Below, piece by piece: positions 7,403-17,710 of a DNA stretch of 64,000 nt (its first letter is position 1; each line of letters starts with the position of its first letter). The position numbers and the translations under genes were made by a program. Below the pieces are notes generated by a model. The model was not told the origin of the DNA. It was given only the letters and a program-made list of their open reading frames with translations, and did not search any database. The DNA is from Candidatus Latescibacterota bacterium (lineage in GTDB: Bacteria; Latescibacterota; UBA2968; UBA8231). The stretch spans positions 896,001 through 960,000 of the forward strand of contig OZ241867.1 in the NCBI GenBank assembly GCA_965203175.1, written 5' to 3'.

Positions 7403-10253
7403 TAAGTCCTGCTTGCACTGTGACAAAAGTCAATCCACTGGTTTCGATGCGAGCCTTCTCCTCCGCGAGCTCTATTCGCCGCTTGTCAATGCGCAGCCCC
7501 ACTTGGGACATGAGCTTATAGCCCAAGTACGAAGTTGTATTGGACAATTGCACGGCAAAGGACGTCTCGTTGTAATCCCCGGTGGTATCACCTGCGTTGA
7601 CGGTGGCCTCGTCCACGACCATGTCGCGGAAACGCAAGTACTCCGTGCCGAACTGTACGACCGACCGTTTCATAAAGGGCACCTTTACCAATACCGAGGC
7701 CAGCGCGCTCCAATCGCGGCGCTCGGCCGTGGGGGTACCTAGCTGGCGCTCAATATTGAACGGAGTATCGTCCATGAACAACTCGTGCTTGAGGCGCGGC
7801 AGCGCGGTTATGCGGCCTAGATGCAGTGGGTACTCGGCCTTGTTGATCAGCCCCAAGCGCCGCGCATTGCGTTGCAAGGAACGGCCATCGCGGTCAACGG
7901 CATCTTCTCGCCGTTGCTGCATGAATTCATACAGCAGCTTGCTCTCGCTCTGGAGGCCAGCGCGGCCGCGGCGCTCAGCGCCTATCCACAGCTTGTTGAC
8001 CAAGGCATCGCCCATGCCCAGTGGATCGCGGATGGCGATCATGCCGCCGGGGGAATTGCTCGAGCGGCCGAGCACGGGGCGCAGTTGAATCCACTGCACC
8101 AAGTCTTCGGCGATCGCATCGGCAGCCCACTTGAACGAATTATACGCCGTCAGCGTGCCCAATCCGGCAAAGCTCTGTTCGTACGCCAGCAGGGCATAGT
8201 ACGTGCGGTTGCGCGCACCCGTCGTCGGCTTGCGCTCCCACACCTGCCCAGTCGTCAGCTTGAGTTCGGGCCGGAGCTCCGCGCTGAGATAGGCGTTGTA
8301 CCCACGCCGGTCGCGCTTGTAGGGGTAGTCGGGCTCTTCGTCGTTTTCAAAGCGGTCGCCCCAGCCATTGTTGTTCAAATCGAGGGCAAAGAGATACTCG
8401 GGGCGATCGACATTGTAGCGGAGAAAAGGCTCTTCGTAGTCGGGCAAGAAATTGGGACGCTCGCGCAGGTCGTTTTGATTGAAGTCGGAAATAAAGTCGT
8501 TGTTCTCGTCGAGGCCGGGGAAGACCGCGTCGTCGGCAAAACCCTCAAAGGTGCGCGCGCGGCCCTGGCGCTGCTCACCGATGCGGCCGTCGTCAAAGCG
8601 GCGCTTTTGGTCGTTGATGCGGTCGTTGTCGTCGTTGTCATCGACAAAGTCGTACACGTGTCGCGACCGCGCTTCGTCGTCGTTGGACCAATCCACCCGG
8701 CCGCCGCTATCGACAAAGCGCGGGCTCGTGTCGTACTCGGCGTCTAGGCCGAATGCCTCGCCAAAAAAGTAAAACGGCGCAAAGCGGCGAGAGACATTGA
8801 CCATCCAGCCGAGGGCCGCGCGATCCCCGCCAATGCCCGAGGACGCCTTGTGCGTATCCCGTGTCCGCGTCGGGTACTGGGTGAACTGGTGGTTGACGTT
8901 GAATTCGCCGTACACGCGGAAGCCAACCCAATCGTCGGCCTGAAGCGTCAGCCCGGCCACCTGCGTCGCCGTCGGCAGTCCGTAGTCAAAGACTACCGTC
9001 CGCTGGTTGGAGTTGTCCCAGACGTTGCCCTCGGCCCGGGCGACCGTGCGAAACTGCGGCTGCTCGCCGCTGGGACTGTTGTCGGTCTGGCGGTTGGACG
9101 TGACCTCTACCTTGTAGTCGTTGCCCAACACCAAACGGAAGCGCACCCGGCTGATTTGGTTGACCAAGTCCGCGCTCGGCACTACAGATTCTAGATCCGC
9201 GACCGCTGGATCTTCGTCAGAAAACACGTATTCAAGCAAGATCTGGCTCGCCTCGCCCCGGCCCTCGGCCGTCAGAAAACCGCCCCGCTCGATTCCACCG
9301 ACGATGCGCGGCGCAAAGCCAATCTCGCTGCCAATCAGCAGGGTGTCGCGGTCGCCGATCCGCGTCTCAATCTCAATATCGCTGCCAAAAAGCACGGCTC
9401 CACCGCCCTCGTCTTCGGGCGAATCGTCGGTCAGCCGCACCACGATGCGGTCGATGCGTCCGTCTAGCTGGCCGCTCGTCAGCTTGCCCTTGAGCGGGTG
9501 GCCCTCAAAGCGGTCGGAAGCCGTCCGGCCGTTGTGCGCGTTGAGAAAGGTGCCGCCGATCCGCGTCGTAGCGCCCAAGTCCAAGACCACGCGCCCGCCG
9601 ATGAGGTTGGTGAAATTGTCCTCTGTCACGGGAAAGGGGTCCGTGCGGAACAGCGGCAGGTTGATCCGCGACATCAGCACGGTGGCCGTCAGGCGGTCGG
9701 CCGCGTAGTTGAACATAACCCCATTGTACGCGGTCTTGCGAAAGGTCATGGGCGTCAGCATGGCGAAGATCTCGTCGCCGATGAGCACTGAGAAGTAGTG
9801 CTGGCCCTTGGTGTCGCCGGCAATGACCAAGTTGCGGAACCACGAGCCGTATTGGCCGGCCTGCAAAATGCCCGAACCGCCCGAGCCGGTCGGCTGGACC
9901 TGACGCCAGTCGTAGATCAACCAGCCCTTGTTCAAGAAGCGCCCGTAGAGGTCGTAGAAGTACCCACCCTCCAACCCCGGATCGAGGTAGCGCCGATAGG
10001 AGTCCCGCGCGTAGTTAGTGTAGGCCCACTGGCGACGGTACTCGCCGGCAATTTCCTGCGGCAGATACCACTTCTGCAACGAGGGATAGACGGCCTCCAT
10101 GCGCAGTCCCGTGCCGGCCGAATAGTAGATCGGCTGGCCCGTTTCGATGCGGCCCAAGCGGCTGCCGTAATCCTCGCGCTGGGCGCTGAGCGGCGCGGCC
10201 CCAAGCAGCGCGACCCAGCAGAGAGCGCCGACGCGGCGCAAGCTGGCGTTCAT
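7395..10253 (-). CDS. Large secreted, putative outer-membrane protein (paralog B)
   Basis: Signal peptide; D/N-rich motifs (VDDNDDNDR, DENNDFISDFNQND, DLNNNGWGD); C-terminal amphipathic strands; aligns end to end with 10258..13014. Confidence 0.8.
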   Translation of the reverse strand: MNASLRRVGALCWVALLGAAPLSAQREDYGSRLGRIETGQPIYYSAGTGLRMEAVYPSLQKWYLPQEIAGEYRRQWAYTNYARDSYRRYLDPGLEGGYFYDLYGRFLNKGWLIYDWRQVQPTGSGGSGILQAGQYGSWFRNLVIAGDTKGQHYFSVLIGDEIFAMLTPMTFRKTAYNGVMFNYAADRLTATVLMSRINLPLFRTDPFPVTEDNFTNLIGGRVVLDLGATTRIGGTFLNAHNGRTASDRFEGHPLKGKLTSGQLDGRIDRIVVRLTDDSPEDEGGGAVLFGSDIEIETRIGDRDTLLIGSEIGFAPRIVGGIERGGFLTAEGRGEASQILLEYVFSDEDPAVADLESVVPSADLVNQISRVRFRLVLGNDYKVEVTSNRQTDNSPSGEQPQFRTVARAEGNVWDNSNQRTVVFDYGLPTATQVAGLTLQADDWVGFRVYGEFNVNHQFTQYPTRTRDTHKASSGIGGDRAALGWMVNVSRRFAPFYFFGEAFGLDAEYDTSPRFVDSGGRVDWSNDDEARSRHVYDFVDDNDDNDRINDQKRRFDDGRIGEQRQGRARTFEGFADDAVFPGLDENNDFISDFNQNDLRERPNFLPDYEEPFLRYNVDRPEYLFALDLNNNGWGDRFENDEEPDYPYKRDRRGYNAYLSAELRPELKLTTGQVWERKPTTGARNRTYYALLAYEQSFAGLGTLTAYNSFKWAADAIAEDLVQWIQLRPVLGRSSNSPGGMIAIRDPLGMGDALVNKLWIGAERRGRAGLQSESKLLYEFMQQRREDAVDRDGRSLQRNARRLGLINKAEYPLHLGRITALPRLKHELFMDDTPFNIERQLGTPTAERRDWSALASVLVKVPFMKRSVVQFGTEYLRFRDMVVDEATVNAGDTTGDYNETSFAVQLSNTTSYLGYKLMSQVGLRIDKRRIELAEEKARIETSGLTFVTVQAGLSE

Positions 10254-10257
10254 GCCG

Positions 10258-13014
10258 CTACTCCAGCCCCGCGTACACGGTTATGAAGCTGGTGCTAAAG
10301 GCGCTGACTTCATTGGTCCGCTCCAAGTCTTCGCTGCCAATAATCACCCGCTCCTCCCACAAGCGCGTATAGCTAAAGCCAAACTGCGTCGTCAGCCGGT
10401 AGCCCAAGTAGGAACCAGCGCTGGACCATTGCAGGGCCAACACCAAGTTGCGGAAATCGCCCGTAGGCCCAGCCGGGCCGTTGGCGAGCTGTTCGTCCTC
10501 GTCGAGGACCAAGTCCCGGAACAGGGAAAACTCAACGCCCGTTTCTACCAGCGACTGGCTCAATAGCGGATGGCTCAGCAGCACGATACCCGTGCCGACC
10601 CACTCTTTGCGGTCCTCAGCGCGCGCTTCGAGCGCTGTCTGGTTGAGATACTCGCTCTTGACCTTGGGCTGCAACTTGAAGCCAGCCAAGCCAAAGGTGT
10701 AATCCGCTTTGTTGATCAACCCAATCAAGTGGCTGCCTTGGTTGAGCGCCGGGCCTTTGACGCGGCTTTTGAACGCGCTGCCCTGCTGCCAAAAGCGCTC
10801 GTACTTGAACTTGTTGATCGCATTTAGGTTGTCGAGCGGCTGGTAGTCGAGTTGCAAATAGGTCGTGTTGATCCACGTGTCCCGCGCCGGCAGAATGTCG
10901 CGCACCAGCGCGAGCGAGTTGACTTCGAGGTGCGGCGTCATCTCGCGCCGGTCATCGGCGATATCGTCTTCCACGCGCCGCAGCATCTCAAAGGCCCGCA
11001 ACCGGCCCCACGTGAAGTCGCGGTCGTAAGTCAGCAGACCATACGCGGCGCGGTTGCGCCCGTCGGAAGCCATACTCTCTTCGCTCAGCCTGCCCAACGT
11101 CAGCCGCGTGTGCGGGTCAAGAAAAATGCCGGCGTACAGGTTGTAGCCCCGGCGATCGACCTTGTAGGGGTAGTCGGGTAAGTCGTCGTTTTCAAAGCGG
11201 TCGATCCAACCATTGTTGTTCAGGTCGATGCCGAACAAAAACTCCGGGCGATCAGCCGCATAGCGGAAGAAGGGTTCTTCGTAGTCCGGGATGCGGTTGT
11301 TGAGGATGCGATTGTCGTTTTGGTTGAAGTCGGAGACAAAGTCGTTGTTCTCGTCCCACCCCGGGAAGACGGCCACATCGCCGCCGCCCTGCGAAAAGCG
11401 GAACCAATCGGCCGAGCGGTCTTGGTCGTCGTTGTCGTCGACCAACTCGTACAGGGACGTGCGCGGATTGTCGTAGGTAATGTCCCCGCCGTCGTCCACG
11501 ATAAACGAACTCGTCGAGTAATCCGGGTCCATGCTGTACGCCTCGCCGAAAAAGTAAAACGGCGCGGCCACCTTTGAGGCGTTGATCATCCAAGCCTCGG
11601 CGTCGCGGGCGTGCGTGGCCAGCGAGCGATCGGCTGCTTGGCGCGCTGGGTTGGGGTACTGGCTGTACGCGCGGCTGACGTCGAATTCCGCGTATAGGTC
11701 CACGCCCTTGATATCCGTGGCTTCTACAGTGAAGCCGTAGATCAAGCGGGACGATGGCAAGCCATAGTCGAAGACGACCCGCTGCTGATTGGAATTGTCC
11801 TGCACATTGCCCTCGGCGCTGAGGATGTCGAACAACGCCGGGGACTGATCTTCAACGTCCTGGCCCGTCAGCGGCAAGACCGGCAGCGCGCGGCTGCCCG
11901 TCTGCCGGTCGGACCAAACCTGCACCTTGTAGTCATTGGCCAAGACTAAGTCGAACTGCACGGCGACGAGTTCCGAGGGACGCGGGCCGGTATAGGCGAT
12001 ATCCGTGAAGTCGTAGTTGATGACGATCTTCTCGTCGCCATCGGCCGCCAAGGCCCCTTCCTTGGGTGCCCCGCCCGAGACCACGGGCCACCGCGCCGGA
12101 TCGGAGACCACGTCGCGGAGCCTAAATTGCTCGCGCTCCCCCGTCTCTGGATCCTCGCTCGTCAAGAGGATGTCGTGCGAAAACAAGGTCGCTCCACCCC
12201 GACCGTCCTCGGGCGAGTCGTCGCTGAGGACCAGGGCAAGGCCCGAGACCGGCAGGCTGCCCTGATTGGCCGCGAGGGTGCCGACGAAGGGGTTGCGCTC
12301 AAACGCATCGGCCACCGTGGTGGAGTTGCGCGCATTGACTAAATTGGCCCCCACGGCCACGAAATCGCCGATCTGCACTACGGCGCGGCCAGCCATCAGG
12401 TTGGTGGCATTGGAGATGCCAGTGGGGGCGGTGGGCGTGCTGCCGATGACCGGGCGGCTCACCCGCGAAAAGAGCAGGGTGCCCTCGTACTTGTCCGCGG
12501 CAAAGTCCATCTGCACGCCGCTGAAGGCCGGCTTGGAGAAGGTGAGCGGGGTCAGGGTCGTGCGGATTCGATCGCCCACTGTGATTGCATAATAGAACTG
12601 CCCCTGCGAGTCCGAGCTAATGGTGACCGCATTGAACCAGTTGTTAAAGCGCGGATCCTTGAAGATGGACGAACCAAATTGCACGGGTTGGTTCTGGGTC
12701 CAGTCGTAGATGAGCCAGCCGCGCGTCAAGTAGTTGCCGTACAGGTCGTAGAACGGAGAGCCTTCAATCGTGGTGCTGACGTAGCGCTCGTACGCGTCGC
12801 GCGCGTAGTTGGTGTACTGCCACTGCTGCCAACCGTAGTCGGCAAACAACTCCTGCGGCACGTACCAGCGCTTGATCGTTGGATCCAAGGCGTCGAAGAG
12901 CACGCCCGGCCCTCGCGGTTCATAGGTGATGTCCGCGCCCCAGCGCCGGCCTTGGGCATGGGCACCTATCGCCGCGATGAGCAAGGCGGCGAGTATCCAC
13001 CGTAGGTCTCGCAT
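10258..13014 (-). CDS. Large secreted, putative outer-membrane protein (paralog A)
   Basis: Signal peptide MRDLRWILAALLIAAIGAHA; same motif series as 7395..10253; ends FITVYAGLE. Confidence 0.8.
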   Translation of the reverse strand: MRDLRWILAALLIAAIGAHAQGRRWGADITYEPRGPGVLFDALDPTIKRWYVPQELFADYGWQQWQYTNYARDAYERYVSTTIEGSPFYDLYGNYLTRGWLIYDWTQNQPVQFGSSIFKDPRFNNWFNAVTISSDSQGQFYYAITVGDRIRTTLTPLTFSKPAFSGVQMDFAADKYEGTLLFSRVSRPVIGSTPTAPTGISNATNLMAGRAVVQIGDFVAVGANLVNARNSTTVADAFERNPFVGTLAANQGSLPVSGLALVLSDDSPEDGRGGATLFSHDILLTSEDPETGEREQFRLRDVVSDPARWPVVSGGAPKEGALAADGDEKIVINYDFTDIAYTGPRPSELVAVQFDLVLANDYKVQVWSDRQTGSRALPVLPLTGQDVEDQSPALFDILSAEGNVQDNSNQQRVVFDYGLPSSRLIYGFTVEATDIKGVDLYAEFDVSRAYSQYPNPARQAADRSLATHARDAEAWMINASKVAAPFYFFGEAYSMDPDYSTSSFIVDDGGDITYDNPRTSLYELVDDNDDQDRSADWFRFSQGGGDVAVFPGWDENNDFVSDFNQNDNRILNNRIPDYEEPFFRYAADRPEFLFGIDLNNNGWIDRFENDDLPDYPYKVDRRGYNLYAGIFLDPHTRLTLGRLSEESMASDGRNRAAYGLLTYDRDFTWGRLRAFEMLRRVEDDIADDRREMTPHLEVNSLALVRDILPARDTWINTTYLQLDYQPLDNLNAINKFKYERFWQQGSAFKSRVKGPALNQGSHLIGLINKADYTFGLAGFKLQPKVKSEYLNQTALEARAEDRKEWVGTGIVLLSHPLLSQSLVETGVEFSLFRDLVLDEDEQLANGPAGPTGDFRNLVLALQWSSAGSYLGYRLTTQFGFSYTRLWEERVIIGSEDLERTNEVSAFSTSFITVYAGLE

Positions 13015-13028
13015 TAGACCCTCCCTAA

Positions 13029-15194
13029 TCAGTACACTAATTCGACAACTCTAACTGCGCTTTCGCCGCCTGTATCGCTGGCTAGCGTTACGCGCACTAA
13101 GTAAATGCCCGGCGGCAGCGCGTTCCCGTTCGCATCCGCGCCGTCCCAAGGCATGGCGTACGAACCGCCGCCCTGGAGGCCGGAAAATAGCTGGCGCACC
13201 CGGCGTCCGGCCAAATCGACGATGTCCACATCAACCGGGGACGGGCTGACCAAACGGCTCAGATCGTAGTACACCTGCGTCGCATCGTTGATTCCATCGC
13301 CGTTGGGGCTGAAGGGCCGGGGATCGGCCCGCACGTTGATCAGCAAGGCGCTGCCGCCGGCTAGTGGCACATCCACCGAAAGGCCCCGGTTCGTCTCCGT
13401 GCCAACCGCCACAATATCGTCGTCGCCGGGAGCCAGCGCGGCCACGTTGCCAGCGACGACCTCCTGCCCCACATCTCCCTCGTCGCTGTTGAAAGCAAAA
13501 CCGGCGAACTTGGTGCCGTAGCGCAACACGCGGCTGCGAAAGCGAATTTTGAGCTGGGCCGTCCGCCCGGTCGCCAGTTCGCTTTCGGCAATGAGGGGAA
13601 AGCGCACGCGAAAGCGGCGCGCATCGACCGACTCAATGGCAAAGCGTCCGGTCTCGTCCGTAGCTGGCAGCGCGGCAAGATCAGCCATTGAAAAATCCGC
13701 GGCCTCAACTTGGCCATCGGCGTCGATGACTTCAATGGAGTCAATGACCTCTACTCGCACCGGCGTGACGATCTCAAAACCGTCAAAGCCCGTATCTACG
13801 TCTGGCCGGATGGACGTGGGCATCACCGCATAGACGAAATCCACCGGCTTGCCCAAATCGACCTGCCGCGGAAAGATCTCTCCGAGAATCTGCGCGGCCG
13901 GCGGCGGCGAGGCCACGGTAAAGGCCAGTGGGCCGATGCCTGTGGCCGCCTCCAAATCCTCGCTGAGAAAATCGATGCGAAACTGTATGTACCGCCTCGG
14001 CCCAGGCGAGACAATCGGCACGCCCAATTGGCTATCCTCGATCTCTGCCTCGGTCAACTGGGTCCCCAGTTCGTAGGGCGAGGACCACGGGCTCCAAGCG
14101 TCTAAGTCGGCGACCACATTGCCCCGCTCGGCACCCAAGCCCTTGTAGTCGTCCGACGACAGCGAGATGGCGTTGCGCTCCTCCAGCGGCAGCGCACCAA
14201 AGAGCGCACGCGCACGCGCTAAGTCGGCTTGGTCGAGATTGACCTCGCCGTCCTCAGTCGCAACCGTGGCATTCTTTTTCCACGGCACCTCGACTTGGAC
14301 CCCCTCGAAGAAGAAGCGCCGGGTATAGACTAAAGGGGTGTCGTCCAAGCCGGTGCGGGTGCGCACGCGCGCGTTGGCGAAACCAGCCGGGCCGACGCTT
14401 TCCTCCACCCAGCGAATGGTCCCCCACAAGCCCAAATCTGGGCCGAGGTCGAATATGTTGGATATGTATTCAGCCGTGGGCACGAAGCCCGTGCCAAAGA
14501 CGCGGAACTCGGCGATTTCAAAACCGTTGCTGGTGCGCGACTGCAAGCGGATGAAGCGCACAAATTGCGGGGGAATGCTCAAATCGACTAGCGCGTCTTG
14601 GTTGGCGGCATTCAACCGAAACGAACGCCATTCCGGGCCGCCCGCGCCTTGCGTCTCCTCGCTGCCGTCGTTGAAAAACAGCTCGTAGCCGCGGATGAAG
14701 TCCTCTTGGAACGGGTCTGCGGGAAAATCCGGGTGGCCATTGCGCGGGAAGAACTGGACGCGATTGACCCCAAAGCGAGCGCCTAGGTCGAAGTCCATGG
14801 CCATGCCGCGAATGACGGCCACGTTCTTGCGCTCCAATGCCGTTTCGCCGTCGCCGTCGATCATCGTCTCTAGCTGCGACTCAATGCCCGCTTCGAGAAC
14901 CGTCGGCGAGGTGACCGAACCGCCGCGCCCGAGTATGCCGAGCGCTAGATTGGTGCCTTCGACGATGTTCTGCGGAAAAATCCAACCCTCTCGCCCCTCG
15001 GGATCGAAATCGATCACGCCGCCCGGGGTGTTGCCGCTCTCGACCGCTCTGGCCCCGGTCGGAAAAATCGCCTGTATCTGGCCGCCGCCGTCTTGCCAAG
15101 ACGATCCGCTCGCGCCGCCGATGGCAATGCTCCGCGTCTCGGCTGTGCCTTGCAGCGCCGCTAACAACATCAGCGCGATCGGCAACCAGTACAT
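13029..15194 (-). CDS. Secreted beta-rich protein with C-terminal FlgD-Ig/CHU_C-like domain (paralog 3)
   Basis: True start likely MYWLPIAL (GGGAGG RBS); FSPNGDGIND...DLAGRRVRQL...WDGADANG..PPGIY tail; discoidin-like DGD..T / DLG motifs. Confidence 0.82.
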   Translation of the reverse strand: MYWLPIALMLLAALQGTAETRSIAIGGASGSSWQDGGGQIQAIFPTGARAVESGNTPGGVIDFDPEGREGWIFPQNIVEGTNLALGILGRGGSVTSPTVLEAGIESQLETMIDGDGETALERKNVAVIRGMAMDFDLGARFGVNRVQFFPRNGHPDFPADPFQEDFIRGYELFFNDGSEETQGAGGPEWRSFRLNAANQDALVDLSIPPQFVRFIRLQSRTSNGFEIAEFRVFGTGFVPTAEYISNIFDLGPDLGLWGTIRWVEESVGPAGFANARVRTRTGLDDTPLVYTRRFFFEGVQVEVPWKKNATVATEDGEVNLDQADLARARALFGALPLEERNAISLSSDDYKGLGAERGNVVADLDAWSPWSSPYELGTQLTEAEIEDSQLGVPIVSPGPRRYIQFRIDFLSEDLEAATGIGPLAFTVASPPPAAQILGEIFPRQVDLGKPVDFVYAVMPTSIRPDVDTGFDGFEIVTPVRVEVIDSIEVIDADGQVEAADFSMADLAALPATDETGRFAIESVDARRFRVRFPLIAESELATGRTAQLKIRFRSRVLRYGTKFAGFAFNSDEGDVGQEVVAGNVAALAPGDDDIVAVGTETNRGLSVDVPLAGGSALLINVRADPRPFSPNGDGINDATQVYYDLSRLVSPSPVDVDIVDLAGRRVRQLFSGLQGGGSYAMPWDGADANGNALPPGIYLVRVTLASDTGGESAVRVVELVY

Positions 15195-15205
15195 CGCAAC
15201 CTCCC

Positions 15206-17698
15206 TCAATACACCACGTGAACGAGGCGGTGCCGCGCGGTGCGCTCCACGCGCGAGTCGTCGTTGGGCACCACTTCTACCTCTAGCAGATACAGTCCGG
15301 GGACGACCAATACGCCGGATTGATCCTCGCACGACCAGCGCAGGGCGTACTCGCCGCTGATCAAGGGCCGCGTCTCCTGCCAGTGCCGCACCATCCGGCC
15401 GGCTAGGTCGTAAATCCGCACGTGGAGCGGCTGGGTGCCAGTCAGCTTAGTGACCGCGAATGAGAATGCCAACTCGTCGTTGATCCCATCTCCATTCGGC
15501 GTCGCGACCCCACTGCCAATGCTCAGGTCGCCCAGCACGTGGCGGCCGCCTTCTGGGCCTACCAACAGCATCCCCTGCCCGGTCGCCAACTCCGTTGCAT
15601 CCGCTGGGTCAACCCGCTGCCAAGAATCTTCAAGGGCCGAATGCCCCAACGACGCCTTGAACACGGCACCGGGCAAGTAGAGGGCGGTGGCGAATTGCAC
15701 CTCAATCAGATCGGCTGCGGACGGGGCGACGACCTCGCTCAACCGCACCCACAAAGAGTCTGGAGCAGTCGCCACTACTTCTGCTGAGGCCACTAGTTCC
15801 GCACTGTCCCATTGGGCTTCGCGCCCCAGCCGCAGGCCCCGGAACTCCAGTGCCATGTTATCCGGTGCCCTTATCTGCACCTCGTCAAACCCCGCGCTCT
15901 GCGCAGCGAAACGCGGTTTGATGAAAAGCGAGAGCTCCTGCTCCTTGCCCAACGCGCCTACGACGCCGGGTTCGATCTCGCCTAAGAGCTGCCTAGCCAG
16001 CGGCTCGACGAAGTTGAGCCGAATGGAGCGCAGCTCGGCCGCGCGGTGTGGGTCGTCCGAGACCAAGCGGGCCTTGAGTTCCAGAAATTGGCGCGGGCTC
16101 GGAGAAGTAATCGCCGCGCCCGACGTCTCGTAGGGCAAGCTCCACGCGCTCCAGTCGCCTCCGGGGACTTCCGTCGTGTCGACCGGCCCCTTGCTGAAAA
16201 AGCCCAAGCCAGCGTATGCCTCGGCCGACACTTCGGCACCGCCGCTGTTGAAATAGCGATACTCTTCGACCAGCTCGCTGCCCGTGCGCGTCTGAATTTC
16301 GATAAAAGTTCCTAAATCGGCATCTCCATCCCACTCAACCGAGACCAAGTTTTTCGAGCCGCCCAAGCGGATGAGCGGCGAAACCAACTCGACTTCCGGC
16401 TGGAAACCCTCGCCGTAGAACTGCACTTCGCGCGGCTTGAACTGACCGCCTCCCCAGAACAAAATCCGCGCATAGCGCGTCCGCGTCGGCGCGAACGTAT
16501 CCACGTCGTACACGTCTCCGGTATAGTGGCCAGACGTGGCGCGGTTGCGCCGCGCGGCCTGCGTCGTCCACACCAGCGAGCCGTCCGCAGCTAGCGAGCC
16601 GTCCGAAGTCTGCAAGTCGTAATTGGGAAAGCGGCTGCGCTGGCGGTCGTAGTAAATCTGGTGCCGGTCGATCCAGAAGGAAGATCCTAAATCGAAGAAT
16701 AACTCCCGTATCTCGTCGGTGCTGGTAAAGGCCAAGGACGTCTCGAAGATGCCGTCGAAGAAGGCCGTCGCGGGCGCGTTGTCCAAGAAGGTGAGCAGCG
16801 CGACGCCTCTGCGCTCCACCAAGCCCAGCGAGATGTTTTCCCCGAGCGTCTGAACCTCCAGTTCGGCCAGCCGCGGCCGCTCGCGGCGATAGCGGCGGAT
16901 CTCACCGCGCAACGCAGAGTCAACCACCTCGTACGTGGCCTCGCTCACCTGCACTTGGCCCGCGCCGGCCTTTTTGTAAAAATCCACTGCGCCTTGATCC
17001 GCAGCCGCTAGCTGGTCGTATTGTTCAGCCGACACCTCGGCGGCTCGCGTGCTATCCGTGTCGGTGATCGTCAGGCGCACGAAGCGGATGTAGTCGCTCA
17101 CCATGCGCCCTTCTCTGTCAAGGCGCGAGGGGCTCAGCTCGATTTCAAATTCTCGCTGATCCTTGTTCGACTTCAAGGTGCGGAAGACTTGGTTGAATCT
17201 GCGCTGGCCTTTGGTAACCTCGGCTCCGTCCGAGGTCAAAACCACGAATTGCAGGAAGGGGTCGCCTATATCCTCGCCGACGAATGTAAGTCGGATATGG
17301 GTGGCCGCCACCAGCCGCCCCAAATCGACCTCAAACCACCATTGGCGCAATGGACTTGCCGGATCGGGTTCCCAATAGGTGCTCAAGTCCCCGTCGAAAA
17401 GGTGGGCCAGATCTGCGGCCCGAGTGCCCGCACTGAGGGCGTCGCGCAGGGTCGCGTCGTCCGATCCCGTGCCGCGCTTGATAAACGCCGCGATGTCCGA
17501 CGTTGCCAGTGTGTTCTTGGGCACAAAGTGGGGACGCACGACCCCGGTCTCGTCGATGTCGAGCGTACCGCCGGGAAAAGTCCACTGCTGCCAGTGCGCC
17601 TGCCGATCGACGACGACCTTGTTCTCGGCGATGGTATGGCCCTGTCCCCAGGCGGCGACAACCCCCAACACACTCAGTAACAACGCAGCATTCAACAT
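15206..17698 (-). CDS. Secreted beta-rich protein with discoidin (F5/8C)-like modules and C-terminal FlgD-Ig/CHU_C-like domain (paralog 2)
   Basis: Signal peptide; LFDGDLSTYW...WFEVDLG; ATPNGDGIND...DLAGRMVR...PGLY. Confidence 0.82.
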   Translation of the reverse strand: MLNAALLLSVLGVVAAWGQGHTIAENKVVVDRQAHWQQWTFPGGTLDIDETGVVRPHFVPKNTLATSDIAAFIKRGTGSDDATLRDALSAGTRAADLAHLFDGDLSTYWEPDPASPLRQWWFEVDLGRLVAATHIRLTFVGEDIGDPFLQFVVLTSDGAEVTKGQRRFNQVFRTLKSNKDQREFEIELSPSRLDREGRMVSDYIRFVRLTITDTDSTRAAEVSAEQYDQLAAADQGAVDFYKKAGAGQVQVSEATYEVVDSALRGEIRRYRRERPRLAELEVQTLGENISLGLVERRGVALLTFLDNAPATAFFDGIFETSLAFTSTDEIRELFFDLGSSFWIDRHQIYYDRQRSRFPNYDLQTSDGSLAADGSLVWTTQAARRNRATSGHYTGDVYDVDTFAPTRTRYARILFWGGGQFKPREVQFYGEGFQPEVELVSPLIRLGGSKNLVSVEWDGDADLGTFIEIQTRTGSELVEEYRYFNSGGAEVSAEAYAGLGFFSKGPVDTTEVPGGDWSAWSLPYETSGAAITSPSPRQFLELKARLVSDDPHRAAELRSIRLNFVEPLARQLLGEIEPGVVGALGKEQELSLFIKPRFAAQSAGFDEVQIRAPDNMALEFRGLRLGREAQWDSAELVASAEVVATAPDSLWVRLSEVVAPSAADLIEVQFATALYLPGAVFKASLGHSALEDSWQRVDPADATELATGQGMLLVGPEGGRHVLGDLSIGSGVATPNGDGINDELAFSFAVTKLTGTQPLHVRIYDLAGRMVRHWQETRPLISGEYALRWSCEDQSGVLVVPGLYLLEVEVVPNDDSRVERTARHRLVHVVY

Positions 17699-17710
17699 GG
17701 CCCCTGCTCC

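Noticed and set aside
7395-13014. Diversity-generating retroelement TR/VR pair suggested by near-identical segments
   Set aside because: The similarity is protein-level paralogy with synonymous changes, not adenine-specific; no reverse transcriptase is present
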